Shown here: positions 1-13,580 of the stretch, piece after piece | Position numbering within the stretch: position 1 is the stretch's first letter | How the letters are laid out: every line of letters begins with the position of its first letter | From: Mytilus californianus | Taxonomy: Eukaryota | Length of the DNA stretch: 64,000 nucleotides | Assembly: GCF_021869535.1 (NCBI RefSeq) | Contig: NW_026262672.1 | Span: forward strand, 3,906,001 to 3,970,000 | Direction: 5' to 3' | Made by a program: the position numbers and the translations under genes | The notes under the pieces: model-generated | Seen by the model: the letters and a program-made list of their open reading frames with translations, nothing else | Database searches by the model: none | Told to the model about the DNA's origin: nothing

Positions 1-7
1 GATACAT

Positions 8-202
8 ATTTCTTTTAATCAAACGTTTAAAATATTTTTCATTATATATTTAAATAATTATGTTTCCATGTGTTTAAAACCTGTATTTATTCGAAAGGAT
101 GAAACATTTCTTTTAATCAAACGTTTACAATATTTTTCATTATATATTTAAATAATTATGTTTCCATGTGTTTAAAACCTGTATTTATTCGAAAGGATGA
201 AA
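8..202. repeat. Tandem duplication, 2 x 98 bp
   Basis: ATTTCTTTTAATCAAACG...TCGAAAGGATGAAA occurs at 8-104 and 106-202, near-identical. Confidence 0.95.
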
Positions 203-657
203 AATAACAACATATATTTGTACTTTGATGGCAAATTTCATTGCTTGCTGTTATTGACTTATCGCTCCAGTTGATTCTTTTCAATCTGGAGAAATCTTGT
301 CAAGTTATCTTCTCATCTAATCTTCAGTTACTGCAGGACTACAGTCCGATTCTTATGGCACTGTATGAAGCTGTTTAATACAGAACAGAAATAAAAGAAA
401 TCTGAACAATCCTGCATTTCAAAATTTTATATACTTTAAATTTATTAATCATGAATTGTAATCATGTTAAAATAAACTGCTTCGCCGAGTGCAGCTGGAT
501 ACGACCGCAGAGGTCCAACCCTGAACAGTTGGGGCAAAAATGGACACAATATTCAAGCTTGATATGGGTCTGAATTTGGATTGTAATGCAGTATTTGACA
601 CATTATAGGTTTCTGACACAGAATAAATGTAGTCAAAGAACTTGAAATTGGTTGTAT

Positions 658-1114
658 GATTCGAAATTTTGAAAGGGATATATTCAAAGAGCTCTGTGAG
701 CTTCTAGAAATGCGTAAAACTTGAACCAGTCCTCGAAATCCAAAGGGAAACGGACAATGTGAACGATTTAATCGTACAATACTAGGAATTGTTAAATCAT
801 ATATAAAAGGGGAACAAACCAAATGGGACCAACAAAATTTGGGATGTTTGGCTTTGGCATACAGAGCCACACCCAATGAATCCACTACCTTAATCCCTAA
901 TCTTATGCTATTGGGTCGAGAGATAAGATTACCTGAAATATTAAAAGGGGTTATTCCCTTAACACTTATAAAAAAAAAAATTACAATTTTGGAGAATATG
1001 TTCAAAAGTCTTCAAAAAGCACATAAAGTTGCTAGAGACCATTTGCAAGTAAATGCAAAAAGAAGAAAAGATTATTATGACAAAAAGTGTTCTTACCACA
1101 TACTGAAAGCGTAA
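658..1114 (+). pseudogene. Ty3/Gypsy integrase (rve core C-terminal half) fragment
   Basis: Translates as RNFERDIFKELCELLEMRKT*TSPRNPKGNGQCERFNRT...LGCLALAYRATPNESTTLIPNLMLLGREIRLP...KAHKVARDHLQVNAKRRKDYYDKK; stop and frameshifts present. Confidence 0.85.
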
Positions 1115-1161
1115 TCAAAATATTCTCAAGAAAAGTGTGCATATGATGAGGGGGGTACTAT

Positions 1162-1593
1162 GATTGATTGATATATTGATTGTTGGTTGTTTAACGTCCA
1201 GTGGCAAATATTGCATTCGTATTCAGGACGAGAACAAATTAACAATAAATACAATAGGTAGGTTCTGTAATACAGGCGTCTGGGATTAAGGTCGGAGAAA
1301 TTTAGACTGCCACGGGAAATGAGGGTATATTGGATAGGGACAGAAATTTAGCCATGCAACAGGTCACCTACGGACCCCTCAAACAGTTGTTGCAAGTGTT
1401 CTTAACGTGCAAAGAACGTGGCACTCTCTTTACACGAGGCATCGGATTTTACGTCCCCATTCTGACCGGACATGGCTGCAAATTTGTACATCCCGCACAG
1501 CCAAACGGACGCCCAACTTTAGCAAGGGTTTTACTGCCGGTCGGAGGAAGACCAATGGTGACCATACTCCTATTTCCCAGTCACCCTTGGGGG
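1162..1593 (-). mobile_element. SINE-A copy 1
   Basis: Matches the ~425-bp family from CCCCAAGGGTGACTGGG head to (AATC)n tail; degenerate TSD GGGGGT(A/TC)CTATG. Confidence 0.9.
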
Positions 1594-2993
1594 CGGGGGT
1601 TCCTATGTGTGAACACGATGATATGTTAATACTCACGTTTAAAGTTTACATCCAAGCGAACTATAATAATTTGACGGGCGCCATTTTTCCGTGAAATTGA
1701 TAACGACGAAGTCACGTGTTTCGCGACCGTGTTATTTATAACATAATTATCTTCAACATGTTGATGGGCACACAATAATTCTTTTTTAAACTTTTTATTA
1801 CAGCTGGTTGAGATATGTCCTCAGAGCAGCAATGTTTACATCACCTCTTAAAGCAACCATAGAACTAATATTTACAGGGGCTACGAGTAGAGGGGAGATG
1901 CAGCTAAACTCCTCAAAACATTTTATTGTAATAAGGATTTAAGCTGCACCAAATCAATCAATACATTAAAAAAAGGGTCGACTATCATCCCAGCCATAAT
2001 TGGTAAGTTTATTAGCCAGATAAAAATTGTAACCAAGACGTAAAGACATTAAATGCACAAAATTTAGAGGGAGAAAAGATGCAATCAACTGGAGATAATT
2101 TGGTTGCTTTTAAAATTGAAAAAAGAAGTTGTTCATTTATAATTACAAACCAAAGGCGGATTTAGCCCTCCTTTTTATGGAGTTGTTTATATGATAAAAA
2201 CGTAGACTATTTGCAAGTAACACTCCACCCATACATTGGCTTGCCATGGGAGGTTTACCATTTTGAAAATCCTGGATTGACACCTATTAGCATTTACAGG
2301 TTATATTAGTTATTTCAATCCTTATTTATGTTTCTTGCAACTCCTGAGCTGATCCTTTTCCACAAAAATAGGTATAAGATATTGACAACAAAACCTGATA
2401 CTGCTGTCTCTTTATTAAATTGCATTGATGCAGGTTCATAGAATATCAATACATGTTAATCATGTTTTAAAGTTTTATTTACCACACAAGAGCGGTTACC
2501 AATATAATGTCTTGCAGTATAAGAATGAGATAAGGGGGGTCTTAAACAAGTGTCACTCAGCGATATCAGAAAAACATTTACACGATGCAATATCTTATAT
2601 AAAAAGGTATACTGTGAATGCATGTACATTATCAATCTAAAGAGTGAAGAAATGATTATTTATATAACAATAATTTGCTGTTGGCTGAACTTTACTGTCT
2701 TATTCACAATTAACAGGTCTTCAGCACCAATATTAAATTGTTGTAATCCACTTGGCGTTCGTTGCATAATGTGTGATTTAATCTACCCTACTTCAAGTGG
2801 AAACATGTTGGATAACAAATCATGAGTATTATAAATAAAGGCAACAGTAGTATACCGCTGTTCGAAATTCATAAATCGATTGAGAAAAAAAACAAATCCG
2901 GGTTACAAACTAAAACTGATCACATAATTTCTGGAAACCAATCCTGGTGTATAAGTGTTAGGAATTGCTAACTTTACCATAATTGAAGAGACT

Positions 2994-3092
2994 CCCAAGG
3001 GTGACTGTGGAAGAGAAATATAATAACCATTGGTCTTCCTCCGACCGGCAGTTGAATTCTCGCCAAAGTGGGGCGTTAGCTGTGCAGGATGT
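2994..3092 (+). mobile_element. Diverged SINE-A 5' head fragment
   Basis: CCCAAGGGTGACTG...CATTGGTCTTCCTCCGACCGGCAG...GCCAAAGTGGGGCG matches the SINE-A head. Confidence 0.8.
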
Positions 3093-3205
3093 TAAGTTCC
3101 GTTTACTCATGTTACTTAGTTCCGGTTTTTAGCCTGACCTGCAGGAATATATCTATCTTTCAACAAGGAGTTCGTGCTCGCGCCCGACAGAAGAAGACGA
3201 CTACT

Positions 3206-3560
3206 TGGTAGTAGAGCGTAAAGATAAACGTGGCAACAAGTTTTAAGAACCCACCTTCGTTTGACCCGAGGTCAATGACTTACGAAACATGGAAGAATGT
3301 TATTTCAGTCTGGCAATTAGTGACCGATTTGAAAGTTGACAAAACAAGCACTTGCTGTTTCACTTCCTCTTACGGGAACTGCACGGGAAGTGGCTATGGA
3401 TGTCCCAGCTGCCGATCTGGCTAAGGAAGACGACATGGCTAAACTAATAGCACAAATGGACAAGGCGTTTTAAAGGGACGATAAGGACCAAGCATACAAA
3501 GCTTACAAAATTTTTGATATTTTTGTTCAAACAGAAAATGTGCCACTCTTGTTCAAACAG
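3206..3560 (+). pseudogene. LTR retrotransposon PBS plus Gag N-terminus (decayed)
   Basis: TGGTAGTAGAGC at 3206 resembles a tRNA-iMet primer-binding site; followed by ATSFKNPPSFDPRSMTYETWKNVISVWQLVTDLKVDK...MDVPAADLAKEDDMAKLIAQMDKAF, a Gypsy-type Gag start with frameshifts. Confidence 0.7.
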
Positions 3561-3885
3561 AAAATTTGTCAATATCAGACTGCATAAAAAAATGTGATGT
3601 TCGATTCGCTCGTGTACGTTACAACGTATTTGATTTTAATGAAAGAAATCTCTGTACTATTGAAAGACTATTACACCAGGATTTTTTAAAATCTCAAACT
3701 AATAAAAACACTTGCTAACTTTCATCTTCGGGACAAGGTTATCATTCGTAAATAAAATCAACATGCAGACATCTTATACGTACAGGTATTGCACAGGAAA
3801 TAAACACATTCATGCTAAAACCAGTTGTTTGCATGATACGGTATATGTCCTCGTATATTTAATGATAGTATGATACCAAACCCCT
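3395..3885 (+). repeat. Dispersed ~490-bp duplication, copy 1 (copy 2 at 34480-34971)
   Basis: TATGGATGTCCCAGCTGCCG...ATGATAC(C/T)AAACCCCT near-identical in both places. Confidence 0.95.
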
Positions 3886-4662
3886 TACCCGAGGGATTGT
3901 ACTTGATTTTCATATGATGAAAACATGATCTTAAATCAGTTTAATTGAGGCCTGTAGCTGGTATGTCAATACCTGCTAGTAGTCCTTTGTTAATTCGTGT
4001 ACCATTGTCATTTTTCTTAGTTTCTTTTGTTATCTATCCTGACATCGGACTCGGACTTCTTTTAAACTGAGATATATTGTGCGTATCGCTGTGTGTTTGT
4101 TTATTCTACATTGACTATAGGTATAGGGGTAGGATTGAGATCTTACAAAACATGTTTAACCACGCTGCATTTTAGCGCCTGTCCCAAGACAGGAGCCTCT
4201 GGCCTTTGTTATGTTTTTTTTTATTTTAGTTCATTTGTATGTTTTGAAGTTTATTTAGACGTCAATTTTCACTGAACTAGTACACAGTTTGTTTAGGGGC
4301 CAGCTGAAGCCTGCCTCCGGTAGCGGGATTTTCTCGCTGTGTTGAAGGCCCATTTTTTATTTCTGCTGTATCTGTCCTTTAATCGTGTTGTTGTTTGTTC
4401 GACACATTCACCATTTCAATTCTATTCTTTTAAATGATTAAAAATCAATTAGATGACATAAGAATTATTATCGTATGAAATAGTATTATATTAACACATA
4501 GAAAACAGGAAATTGTGCAAGTTTATATTTCGTTTCAATAGTATGAACTTCAAGATTGCTGCTATTATATTTATGGGCGAGTTCTACAATTATACTTTAA
4601 TAATACATTTTTGTTAATATTTTAATTTAATTAAAAATTGATAACGGGAATATTAAAATTTA

Positions 4663-4727
4663 ACGCTTAAGTACCCTTACTACAACTTTTCCAGAGGTCC
4701 GTAGGTGGCCTGTTGCAAGGCAAAGTT
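4663..4727 (+). mobile_element. Diverged internal SINE-A fragment
   Basis: ACGCTTAAGTACCCTT...GGTCCGTAGGTGGCCTGTTGCAAGGC matches the SINE-A central hairpin. Confidence 0.7.
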
Positions 4728-6001
4728 TGTAGGACTGTGAAACGGGAAATATACGAAAGATTTGTTTTTACGTACGATGAAGTGTCATTCCCTCAATACA
4801 TACGGGTCCACCGTGAAACTATTCTTATGATTATATAACGGTAAATGATGATCTCATTAGAGGAACAAATTAAGTAAAGATACATGTTGAAGCAAGAATA
4901 ATTTCCACATGCAAAACATCAAATAGGACGATCTCTAAATTAGTACGCGGCAACTTTAACTATTACATTCATAGACAATAACACTAGTAAATGCTTTATA
5001 TACTGACATTGAAACAAATATACTGCTCATAATAATTGCACATCTGTAGACTTTAATCTAGGTATCCCGCGTTATATAAACCATCGCAAACCATCGAACA
5101 GCTCATCGCACTTCGGCGCAGACCAGCGCACTTCACGCGTGGCCATCAAACGTTATGATCTCCATTGCACCTCCGAGTCATACACACATATATATTCCGA
5201 TTTTCTAATAATGGTTTTTATTATTTTAATTCCCGTAGGTATTGCCCAAAGAAATAGGGTTTATTTAAGGGTTTACACATCTTCATAGCTAAAATATTTT
5301 GATACTTATATCACGAACAGATATCTATGACAAACATTTCTTAAATTGTCAGTATATAAATTTAGATTTTTTTTTAAGAAACGTAGGTTTCAGCTACAGC
5401 AGACTAAATTGGCTTTTGATGGATTGAAGGCTTATGTAAAAATAAGAAAATGTGGTATAATTGCTAGTGAGTCAACTATTCAAGAAAGTTCAAATCAAGA
5501 GGAATGCTAGCAGTTATATCTATACGACCTTCAATAATGAAAAAATACAGGAACTGTAAAGTCGGTTATTAAAGGCCACGCCCCGACATGAAAAAAATAT
5601 GAAACAATTCAATTGAGCAAACTAACCGCCTTCTTTATTTCAAATCTACATGTATCTTGTTACAAAAAAAGCCCAAATACATGTATATAACAGAATTGAT
5701 GTTACGAAAACCACTGAACTACGTGCTTTTGACTTTGGACAGACACAGAATGTTGTGAATGTGTATAGGCCATTTATTGGTTATATAGCTCTACACTCCT
5801 ATCTAATTTATACATTCTTTGGCTTTCAAATTTAGCATTGAGCGTTCCTAGTGAAAGTAAATCCAGAAAAGCGTTATAGATGCATGAAATTTATAAAGTG
5901 TTGTTTTGTGAGTGAATCAAAACGTAGGGATCGATGTTAATGTCTGTTTTATATGTGCAATAATATCGGCCTTCCAACCTTAGTGAAACTCTGCAGTTGT
6001 T

Positions 6002-6153
6002 CAGTGACGGATCCAGGGGGAGGGTTCAGGGGGTTGGAACCCCCCTTTTTTTGGACGATCAATGCAGTTGAATGGGGACATATAGTTGGAACCCCCCCCT
6101 TTTTGCCCTGGGGTTGGGAACCCCCCTTTTTAAAATGGCTGGATCCGCCCCTG
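6002..6153. mobile_element. MITE, ~150 bp
   Basis: TIRs CAGTGACGGATCCAG / CTGGATCCGCCCCTG; TTGTT on both flanks; internal GGAACCCCCC repeats. Confidence 0.85.
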
Positions 6154-6559
6154 TTGTTTCATGTATTTGATATGCAAATTATCACAAAACTAAAAGGATA
6201 AGATGGATGAATTAATATTACAATCATACCACAACTTCTCTTTTATAAGAACGTACATGTGTAGATTTTCGTCTTTTACTGTAAACGACAGTGTCCCCGG
6301 GAGTCAAAGCCGAAATCAAACTTGTGTAAATTTCTGAAACATACATTTCATTATTTAACCCAATGTAAAGCAAAACAAATGATACCGTTTTGAGCTATAA
6401 AACCAAGGCAACCCTTTATACTAGTCAAAAATTGCTGGATCGTGATAGATGCATACGAAACTTCAATTAATTGTTTGTATTTTTCAATCTTTTATATCCG
6501 ATAAAGATGAACACAAAATCTATCGGATAAAAACTACCGATTTTTCTATTTCTGTTTCA

Positions 6560-7240
6560 CCTTTAGATTGACTGGACTAATAGCGCGGAAGGTCACCAAC
6601 ACTACTAGGAAAGTTAGACGGTTCAAATAGAGGAAGCTTCGAAAATGTTGCTGTCGGGAAATCTGTCACGAATATTGTCATGTATTAGTTGAGCACATTG
6701 CACGGCTCTTGGCTTAGGATGAATTTCACGATGGTTACGCTTAACGATGATAGTATTATAGCTATCAGATCGGTTTGTTGATTTGAGAAATTCGACACAT
6801 AATGGTCTAAAAGAAGGATTCTCGGTTAAATACTGTCTCAACTAGTTGTTTTACAGTGGCATATGACAAGTCACGTGTCTGAAGCGATTTACTTGGGCGA
6901 TTTATCTTACCAAACAGGTCAGATAAAAAGTAGAGCATGAAATAAAACTTGCATGTTGTCATACTGTTGTGTAAAGAACTTGCAAGGATGTCACTGTCAT
7001 TCTGGTCACCTAACATATTTACAATTGAAACGATAGAACGGCGGAGATTGTCTGAAGCATTTCCCATAGAACACCAGCGCACTTTGTGAATGTCAGGCAG
7101 TTTTAACAATGAATCCTCTATTATAATTTTCCTTGAGCATAGTTCAGTACTAATGATGCTTTACAAAATTGAATGTCAGGAATTTCTTTTACTGCGTCAA
7201 CACACGCTTACGCTAAATGGTGATCTTTTAAATTAACCTC
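6560..7240 (-). pseudogene. hAT (ZNF862/ZMYM1-like) transposase fragment
   Basis: HHLA*ACVDAVKEIP and LKLPDIHKVRWCS...KFYFMLYFLSDLFGKINRPSKSLQTRDLS...NIRDRFP; VRW and L-SD-L-LSK-LQ motifs are typical of hAT transposases. Confidence 0.7.
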
Positions 7241-8227
7241 TACTAAGAATGAACAAGTGTCTTTCTAAAGCCGAGATACCCCACCATCATTTCTTATCGT
7301 AACCAACCCCCTATGCCGAAAATTTTAGTCAAGTTTTCACCAAATGACTTCAAATAGGTAACTATATATGCAGTTATGAAAACGGCGGTACCAGAAGACA
7401 AGGTCAATGGTTGTGTGTCATTAATTTTCAACTCGCCGGCTTTGAGGTATAAGTACAAAATCATTTTTCATAATTTTCACAGCGGGTTTCAACTTTATAT
7501 CGGACATCACCTCTTGCCCTTTTTTTTTATGAAATTGTCTGAACGAATTGGGAGCAGGTATTGTTCTCTTGATACAATTTAAAAGTGATAATGGCACCAT
7601 TCAACTTAGTCAAATCATTTACTGACTGAAATTTGTCCATTGTAAGGTTGTCTTTAGCAATTAAATATGCATTACGGAACAAAATGCACATGACGTTGTC
7701 AGTCTGTTAATGAGCTTTATCAAATAAGGATACCATTTGGTTACTTTTAGAAGCTGTCTCTGATTTAATTGCTTGAATGTGGTTATTACTATTAGCGTGG
7801 TCTACATTAACAGACGTTCGAACATTTCCTGATAGTTCTATTTCAGTCTCTGTTTTGAATCTACGGGGTTTCTGATCTTACTTTTTATGTTGAACAAAAT
7901 ATCGTTTACTTCATAAATTTATCATGTATGTATGACTAATACTTGGAATTACATTTTGTTATGAGTGATAAACGCACTTCAATCAGTTTTTCCAGATATT
8001 TAAATTTATATAACATGTATGATACTGATAATAACTTACTGGTTAATAAATACTATGTGTAACATATGGAAATGTATACGCTAGACATAAGAGACCTGGT
8101 AATATGTTTACATTTACACTCATTTTTTTCTCTCAATAGAATAGAGAATAGTTCGCGCCATATTTGAATTATATTTATGTATACTATTATTAAACTGATT
8201 TACTGATTTGCTTGTAGTATTATTCTA

Positions 8228-8575
8228 GTTCTCTACATGATAGATAGCAGATGTGGTATGAGTGCAAAAAGTTAAATCACAAAAATGCTTAACTCCGAGG
8301 AAAATTCAAAAAAGGAAAGTCCCCAATCAAATGGCAAAATAAAAAAAAAAACCAAACACATCAAACGAATGGATAACCACTGTCATATTCCTGACTTGGT
8401 ACAGGCATGAGACAACTCTCCATCAAATCACAATTTGTAAAGTAAACCATTATAGGTTAAGGTACGGTCTTCAACACGGAGCCTTGGCTTACACCGAACA
8501 GCAAGCTTTAAAGGGCCCCAAAATGACTAAGTGTAAAACCATTCAAACAGGAAAACCAACGGTCTAATATATATA
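8228..8575 (+). repeat. High-copy interspersed repeat X interrupted by repeat Y (8245-8408)
   Basis: The uninterrupted form AGATGTGGTATGAGTGCCAATGAGACAACTCTCC...AACCAACGGTCT is at 33122-33395; here it is split between ATGAGTGC and GAGACAAC. Helitron/HINE-type assignment is recall only. Confidence 0.8.
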
Positions 8576-8784
8576 TAGAACAAGAGAAGGAACATTCACC
8601 CCTTCTGTTTCCTAAAGCATCTCCTCTATCAGACTATTTCTTGGTTCTACATAATTGTTGTGCTGGCTTAGTTTGCTGTCTTCTTCTGATACTGTTTAGT
8701 TTTTTACTTTTCTGTAATGAAAATATATATATATATTTCTAACGCAAAAATATGATAGTTATTTCAACATTTAAAATCAATACT

Positions 8785-9667
8785 TATAGGTTGCACTTTG
8801 TAAATACAGCTGTTTCTCTTACCACGCCTCTTTTGGGGAGATATATAATATTCATAGATAATTAATTTTGTTTTCATACTGGTTCCCAGATATGATCTCT
8901 ATGTTTCATCTCGTAGAGACAGAACTTGGGAATGTTACCAGTAAAGATGCATACGCATAGTGGTCAAATTGAAATCTGTAGAAAACCCAAAGTCAAGGTT
9001 GGGGTAGTACAGAATTTAAGTGAAAGTTTAAACTTAAAAGTTCGGGGCATATAAACATTGAAAATATGCCGCACAGTCCTATATTTTGACCTTTGAAAAA
9101 ATAGTAGTGCATATGAACTTTCCATTCTAGGATATAATTTTTTTTAAACTTCATAGTCCCCAAGGGTGACTGGGGAATAGAAGTATGGTCACCATTGGTC
9201 TTCCTCCGACCGGCAGTAAAACCCTTGCCAAAGTGGGGCGGCTGTGCGGGATGTACAAATTTGCAGCCACGTCCGGTCAGAATGGGGACGTTAAATCCGA
9301 TGCTTCGTGTTGAGAGAGTGCCATGCTCTTTGCACGTTGAGAACCCTTGCAACAACTCTTTGAGGGGTCCATAGGTGACCTGTTGCAAGGCTAAATTTCT
9401 GTCCCTATCCAATATACCCTCATTTCCCGTGGCAGTCTAAATTTCTCCGACCTTAATCCCGGACGCCTGTATTACAGAACCTACCTATTGTATTTATTGT
9501 TAATTTGTTCTCGTCCTTAATATGCATGAAATATTTGCCACTGGACGTTAAGCAACCAACAATCAATCAATCAATTAAACTTCATTGTAAAAGTGGCACA
9601 GTTTTAGCCGTAAAAGGAGTTCCTTTTAGAAATTGCATTGTCGATATTTACAGAAATGCAACCTATA
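8785..9667 (+). mobile_element. MITE family T copy 1, carrying SINE-A copy 2
   Basis: TIRs TATAGGTTGCACTTTGTAAA / TTTACAGAAATGCAACCTATA; internal sequence matches the reverse complement of 44636-45445. Confidence 0.85.
9158..9575 (+). mobile_element. SINE-A copy 2
   Basis: Full head to tail; 13-bp TSD TAAACTTCAT(A/T)GT at 9145-9157 and 9576-9588. Confidence 0.95.
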
Positions 9668-11469
9668 TTGGATGAAAAAAGAGAGCATACAGACTTTCAC
9701 CAAATCTGGTTTATCTCAGAGATTTTAATGAAATTGACTCAGATATGAAGTTTTATAAATAATTCATGAAGATTGAGAAAATCATGGGCCTTAACCATGA
9801 TGGCTCAGCAAAAATTCACAGTTTACAGTATGCATAGTTTACATAAAGCCCTGAATGCGATATAAATTCATAATATATGCATATTTGTAATTTAAATTGT
9901 TAAGAAGTGCTTATATTTACTCTTCGCAATCATTAAAATTCGTAGATCCTTCCTGAAAGTTATTGGTGGGGTGTTTTTGTCCTGTCGATAACCCAAAAGT
10001 AAGCCGTAGCACCTAAATGTGCTTTTTTGGTGATCGCGGCATAAAAAAATACAAGCTAGAAATACAAAATTACCTCAATAAAACTTTCAATGGTGTGTTC
10101 TATCCTAAATATGTACTAAATGTTCCATATTGCTAGAAACAGCAGAATAATTTAGGAAATTTGAGGCCCTAGGGACAAAAAAAAAACCAGAGAAAAATGC
10201 CTACCCCCTGGGTCATAAAACAAATAATTTAACTTGTAAATGCTATGATTTTATTATTTTAAAGGCCTTTTGTATAGAAAACAATAGTTGCGCATGGACG
10301 TTATGCAAAAATCAGATGTTAGCAGTCATTTCTATAAAACTTTTAGTGAATTCATACATCAGACTGGTATCTTTATACATACAACTTTTGCAAATATGGC
10401 TTTCTTTAAACACTTCTAGTTCATATATTAGCTAAATTATGAATTACACGATTTCAGCCGACTCTGGATTTTGTAGAAATGATAGTGTGTGTTCGGGATC
10501 GATAAAATATGTTTGTGTTAGTTTCAATCATTGGACATACAATGACATATTGAAAAACGAAGACAGTGAATCTCCGGTTATCTAGAACACATTATGGATG
10601 ATCACTAGACACATTACAAGGTTCATCATAGAACATTATCATCTATGAAATTTTAGTAACTCATTCTTGGGTGAGTGGGTCTTCAATACACGATTGATGC
10701 TATTGAAAACATTAACTATTTCCTCCTTTGCTGTTAACAGATAAGGTTAAGGACCCGAACCTGCATAATGCATTGTTCTCCCTGCCAGATCATTTAGTCA
10801 TGTTCTCAATCCTAAAAGGAGGTGGAACACTTTCTCTCAAATTCAAAAGTTAATTGTTAAATCAAGTCAACTTTTCTGAATTGAATATTTTTAGTCAAAC
10901 AAAAAAAGATTTTTGTGTGAAGGATTTCTCCTATAAGAAACTTTTAAGTTAATAGGAATCTATTTGATAGTTTGGCCCTTGTTCTATACACATACAAGTA
11001 ATTGGGGAATAAACATATGGCCACTTCAGGTCATTAACATTAACGTTCCTTCCTCTAGGACTGATAATATAAGTAGCACAACTGAACCTGTTCAAATGAT
11101 TTTCAGGAATAATGATGACCCAAATGAATCTGATAATTCCTAAGGCATTGCCAAACACAACTAGACCGATAACGAGTTGGAACTCCCAAATACTTTCGAG
11201 AACTCTTGAGTGTTATGGGGAGTAAGTAGAAGCTTCCGTTTCCAACAATGTTGAAACTGTCATAAGAAAAAGGCTAATGTAGCTTCCCTTGTACAGATAG
11301 AAGACAACAAGATCCCTAGTAACTGTAAGGGTCTGAACTCTTGTGCTGTTAATACTGAGATTTGAGAAAAACTTGTTCTATTCCCCAGTCACCCTCGGTA
11401 CCCTTCAGATATTGATTCACAATGTCTAGTAGTAATAACAAAATACACGAAATGCAAAAGTCAAACACA

Positions 11470-11800
11470 TGTCATTTTCTAGATGTACGACATGGATGAT
11501 GATGATAATGTAGATGAATTCGATCACAATGACCCAGACTATATTTCTAACGTGTCTGAGGAAAAAGATGGAGACGACGATTATGGTTCTGGTGTTGATG
11601 ACCAAGAAACACACATTTGCGGAATGGAAGAATGTAATGGTCTAGTGGAAGAAAAGTATTATATGGTGTCTGAAACGGCATTATTTCAGCTACTCTCAGT
11701 ATAGCTTCTGATAGCAGTGCGTGTAGTACTTTTATTCAAAATTTCTGGTACTTTTCAGGATACTGATTACGTTGAAGTTGCTTTAGAACATCCAAACATC
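11470..11800 (+). pseudogene. Acidic linker plus Cys-region of a probable Kolobok-type transposase
   Basis: DDDDNVDEFDHNDPDY...EEKYYMVSETALFQLLSV resembles the KFIVFESCLLQLF-C motif I associate with THAP/Kolobok transposases; family call is inference. Confidence 0.35.
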
Positions 11801-12014
11801 TATCGGATTGTAAGTGTTTTTATGATTTTACAGTCATTTGAATTTCAATTTAATAATTGTTATTTTTCACAAGAAACAAAACAACATTTGTGTCAAATCC
11901 TGGGTTTTGTGAAGAGTATGTTTCTTCCTATATGATAAACTTTGAAATTAAACAAAATTATGTATAAAGTACTATCATAAACATGAGATCACGTGTCTTT
12001 GTCAATGGAACTGT

Positions 12015-12515
12015 TTGTTTGTCCTGCATCAAGACAAAGATATAAAAAGAAAAGTTTGTCAAGTTTATATAAAAAGAAGCAAAACCAAATTTCCATCTCC
12101 TTCTTTACTGACAGAAAGTAGTAGAAGTAGGTCTGGATCATCATCCCGTTATACGAGATCTCCATCATTCAGGAGTGACATGTCTAGTTCATCCTTAATG
12201 CGCCAGAGGTCCAGATCATCCAAACATCAGAGGTCAAGGTCCAGATCAACCAAACATCTTGGGTCCAGATCATTTTCTAGATGTACGAATTCAAGGTCTT
12301 CTTCTAGAAATAGAAGTCGTACTTCAGGACCCTCTAAGAGCCAAAGATACAGATCAATATCTCCTCTCCAGAAATATAGGAAACATTCTTCTCACCAAGA
12401 AAAAAGGAAAACTAATTCTAAAAGACCAGACAGAACAGTTGTTCAGTTCTTTCCGTTATCAGAAGAAAGCAAGTTTTGGATAATAATGAAATTGATTTTG
12501 CTAAATGTTATATAA
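12015..12515 (+). other. Arg/Ser-rich open frame of unknown origin
   Basis: 166-codon ORF rich in SR dipeptides built from short AGGTCCAGATCA repeats; no recognisable domain, no ATG. Confidence 0.3.
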
Positions 12516-12671
12516 CTAAGTAATGATTAAATGATTTAACATTAAAAATGCCATGTGAAACCAATTAGGGAAAAAGTGACATATTTTTTAATGATTGAAC
12601 AACCAGATTAATAATTATACGTATATTATGCCAAATTTGCGGAGTGAAAGTTGATGATACCAAAAATATAT

Positions 12672-13090
12672 GAGTTCCAAATGGTAAAGTTGAAATCATC
12701 CCTTCGTAAATTTTACGGACGCCATCACGAGTTGGTTGACCGTTATGGAATATCCGTTTCACAGATGATATCGGATATGTTCCTTTTGTCGTAACTAGTC
12801 CCGTTCCATTTTCACGAATGTGACCTACCGAATAAGACTATTTACCGGGTTTGTAATAACACGAGCAACACGACGGGTGCCACATTTTGGAGCAGGATCT
12901 GCTTACCCTTCTGCAGCACCTGAGATCACCCCCAGTTTTGGTGGGGTTCGTGATGCTCAGTCTTTAGTTTTTTATGTTGTGACTTGTGCACTATTATTTG
13001 TCTGTTTGTCTTTTTCTTTTTTAGGTGTTGTCAGTTTATTTTCGATCTGTGAGTTTGAATGTCCCTCTGGTATCGTTCGCCTCTCTTTTA
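12672..13090 (+). mobile_element. 3' remnant of an RT retroelement (probably Penelope-like) with non-coding tail
   Basis: EFQMVKLKSSLRKFYGRHHELVDRYGISVSQM is an RT C-terminal motif I recognise from mollusc retroelements; class assignment from recall. Confidence 0.55.
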
Positions 13091-13152
13091 CATTTACACC
13101 TTTTTTAGTAATAAACTGTGACGACAAAATACTTGCATTGTGATGCTATGAC

Positions 13153-13580
13153 ATTGATTGATTGATTGATTGTTGGTTGCTTAACGTCCAGTGGCAAATA
13201 TTTCATGCATATTCAGGACGAGAACAAGTTCACAATAAATACAATAGGTAGGTTCTGTAATAGATTAAGGGATTAAGGTCGGAGAAATTTAGACTGCCAC
13301 GGGAAATAAGGGTATATTGGATAGGGACAGAAATTTAGCCTTGCAACAGGTCACTTACGGAACCGTCAAAGAGTTGTTGCAAGGGTTCTTAACGTGCAAA
13401 GAGCGTGGCACTCTCTTTACACGAGGCATCGGATTTAACGTCCCCATTCTGACCGGACGTGGCTGCAAATTTGTACATCCCGCACAGCTAAACGGACGCC
13501 CCACTTTAGCACGGGTTTTAATGCCGGTCGGAGGAAGACCAATGATGACCATACTTCTATTCCCCAGTCATCCTTGGGGG
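13153..13580 (-). mobile_element. SINE-A copy 3
   Basis: TSD CTATGACATTGA at 13146-13157 and 13582-13593. Confidence 0.95.

Noticed and set aside
1330-1629. Recurrent ~90-aa ORF MDRDRNLALQQVTYGPLKELLQG... and its antisense MVTIGLPPTG... ORF
   Set aside because: Antisense/sense frames of SINE-A; TTG start, recur only because the SINE is repeated, and are broken in several copies.
5843-5885. Hammerhead-like relic CGTTC-CTAGTGA-AAGTAAATCCA-GAAA
   Set aside because: Core reads CUAGUGA instead of CUGANGA and stem II does not pair; at most a dead remnant.
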